The translations under genes were made by a program, and so were the position numbers. This document shows, piece after piece, positions 61,247 through 64,000 of a stretch of 64,000 bases of DNA. The notes under the pieces are model-generated. The model had not been told where the DNA came from. It saw nothing but the letters and a program-made list of their open reading frames with translations, and did no database searches. Each line of letters opens with the position of its first letter. Position 1 is the stretch's first letter. The DNA is from Mytilus californianus (Eukaryota), in NCBI RefSeq assembly GCF_021869535.1, contig NW_026262723.1:88722001-88786000 (forward strand). The letters run 5' to 3'.

Positions 61247-62863
61247 ACTATGAGGAGAAATATTTGCAAAGTAAAGGTGCTAAAGGATCCGTCTTTTCTA
61301 AACAAATGTAAAACAAATGTACAATACCTTTGTTTGGAGGGATAAGATAATTCTGTATTTGAAGGATGATTAAATATATATATTTATTCTCACAAAAAAT
61401 CACAGCATTTTACTGCATTTTTGTTGTTGAGTGTTTTAGCTTGTATTTAGGTTTAGGTATTTATATTATCAAATTAATATTTAGCCACAACTATGCAAAG
61501 TGTATTTTGTGTCCATGTTGTATTTTGAAGTGATTTATATACAATGTCGAAATATTTATTTTCACTCATGTCTTTCATTAAAACAGTATTGAATTTTGTT
61601 TGAATGAATTGTCTCATTTTAAAGGGCGATAACAATATTAAGTTTCTGTCATGTTTCTTTGCTTTTCATGGTTTAATGCATGAAGTGGCTTTCAGCAAGG
61701 AGCAAATCCCATACCGTATAGTCAGAACGAAAAAAAAAAAAAACAACGGCCTGATTTATGACATAACAATTAACGAACAAAAAATATGACAGACAGCAAC
61801 CAACGACAACCAATGAATTACAGGCTCCAAAATTGGGACAGCCACACATATAATGTGACTGGGTTAAACTTGTTTGTGAGCACTGAACCCTCCCCTAACC
61901 TGGGACATTGATGTGGCATAACAACACAAGATCAGATTGTAAGAGACATTTTGAGATGGCGCGACTCATCAGTGAGGCACAAAGTACAACACAAACAACT
62001 AAAATAAAGACAAAAGACACAAAGTACCGATATAAGAGTACTTGTAGTTACTGAAAAACATGACATTGCATAAGGTCAAGCATAACAAATTTGATTAAAA
62101 CAACATTAGGGAATTCCATGTGCCGGGGTATTTATACCACGGCAGACGGGAAAAACATGTCTAAAAATAACGCGACTACCGAAGACCTCTTGACTTATTG
62201 TCTTTTCTCATCATGTATTTACTCAAAAAAAAAAAACATGGTAGGAAAACATGATCGACTTATACATGTATGAAAACACAAACTATTATTGAGTAAATGT
62301 ACAAGAGACAATACGATATGTTATAACGCAATCTACTGATATACAGGGTATTGAGTAACACATAACAAAGGAATGCAACTTTTATTGTTGTTCTTCATCC
62401 TGAAGTCACTATTGGGTCTGCAGTACTTATATCCAACAGAAATTTCATGAGGGACCCCAGCATATAGACACGTTCATTGTAGGTAAATTGTTCATTTTTT
62501 AAAGCTTTCATTGCTATTCTTCATCTTGAAATCACATTTTATGCTATGATTTTGTGTCCTTTGAGTTTGTCACACGGTTTGTTGTTTGAACTGATGATGT
62601 CACAATTGTGGTCCGACTTTGTCATTAGTTGTGTCATTTGATTTGTCCCACAAAATCCATTATGTCATACAATACAAATTTGCTACTAGGCTATTTACAG
62701 TTTAGTTTAGAAACAGGATAATTGGACAGTGATGAACAGCTGAATACCATTACACATACAAAAATTATACAGTCAAGCAGAAACTCCATAGGATACCTGA
62801 TTACAATAAAAATTCTGAGGTCAAGATGGATACAAAAAGCATTCGGTGGAATTAAACATTTAT

Positions 62864-62994
62864 ATCATGCTTACAAGGGGCATTTGCCAAAAATACCGGT
62901 TTCGAGGTAAAAAAATATCCCTCGCCTAACGGCTCTGGAAATTTGTTAACCTCTCAATCTGTATTTTTGGCAAATACCCCGTGTAAGCCTGACA
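62864..62994. mobile_element. Long-hairpin element H6 (hairpin only)
   Basis: GCTTACAAGGGGCATTTGCCAAAAATAC..GTATTTTTGGCAAATACCCCGTGTAAGC arms; loop CCTCGCCTAACGGCTC. Confidence 0.6.
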
Positions 62995-64000
62995 TATTTG
63001 TATAAAAATTAAACATCTTGATGATGTTTGTTTTAGAGAACTTTTGGTTTTAACAAGATTGTTACTTTTTATAAAGTATTGATTTGTCCTTTCCTAAAAC
63101 AAGATACTAGTAATCGTGTCTACGTTGGCCGTTCATTATTATTAAACAAAGTTGGACTAATTCTTATGGCTTCATTGACAATCATACCGCATCTCCTTAT
63201 TTTCATATAGCAAAGTCAAATGCTTTTATAATATTGCACCAGGAGAGGGACTCCGATTTATGCTCTCTACCAGAATAATTATTTCTTTAGTCTGACTGTA
63301 TGCGTCGAAGCGAGAGCAAATTTGATCCAACTATCATATTTAAAGGTAGTCAACCTATCACATAGTAAAGCAATATAACTATTCACACAGAAAAAAACCA
63401 TAACATTAGTTATGAATTATTTAAAAAATATCAAAATGATATATCAAAGATGAATTTAACAAATTCTAACATATAAGTCAATACAATCAATAACTTAGTA
63501 ATACATCATTGATTGTTTACATGCAATTGCAACATATTTGTTCTTTTTTAATATTCATACGAAATCTCATTATGTTCGACAGACATCTATCGCACTAATC
63601 TTTGGCACATTTTGTTTGATTAAAAAATGAGTCTTTCCAGAACATTATATTAAGTCATATTGATAGCGCCAGCAGTCTTTGACAGTCGGCTTCAAATGTA
63701 GTAACATATAACATTGATACCATGCCCTTTTTTTTCTGACGCAGTAATATATCAGAGTTAACTGATCGTAAACTCCTAAATTGTTTTTTTCTGCCTCTTC
63801 TTGGAATATTTATCGTTCAATAATGTGGTGGAAATCTTGTTAAACATCTACCGTTTGTCATTTTACTATACACAAGACAGTTATTTCATAAATGTAGTTA
63901 TCATAAACCAATTATTCTTGATAATGTTTCTGTATACAGAAGAATTACACAATACATTTGGCACAAATATTTCAAAGATTTATTTCTTTGCCTAATAAGC

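Noticed and set aside
61944-61980. CTGATGAGTC hammerhead core on the minus strand (also 51655 and 55124)
   Set aside because: Stem II does not close and GAAA is missing.
63540-63995. Possible minus-strand coding remnant near the window end
   Set aside because: Stops in all frames and no recognisable family.

Overview
AT-rich, repeat-dense eukaryotic genomic DNA. The repeat families resemble those I recall from mytilid bivalves (Mytilus-like); this is an inference, not a search result. I can build four protein-coding genes by hand: (1) RPE, ribulose-phosphate 3-epimerase, one coding exon, 5451-6149 +; (2) an intronless-CDS 288-aa basic orphan protein, 21199-22065 -; (3) an 11-exon, 639-aa type-B carboxylesterase, 28788-41163 +, with signal peptide, intact Ser-Asp-His triad and C-terminal transmembrane helix; (4) a 3-exon, 123-aa orphan gene, 53881-61246 +, which the ORF track mostly misses. 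The rest is mostly mobile DNA: a decayed HERO/R2-type RLE retrotransposon (about 47.9-51.5 kb), nested Helentron-associated HINE-like elements (6.9-19.6 kb and scattered), Meta- and Deu-domain SINEs, several MITEs (an IS3EU-like 1.36-kb element, CAG-ended elements with 5-bp TSDs, TA-flanked MITEs) and minisatellites. The most unusual signals are: six long-hairpin elements with unrelated arm sequences but a shared nested mini-hairpin loop and IR-bounded side module; an in-frame 84-bp duplication of the carboxylesterase exon-4 acceptor; a degenerate hammerhead ribozyme; and the orphan 3-exon gene. There is no evidence for CRISPR arrays, rRNA or true tRNA genes.
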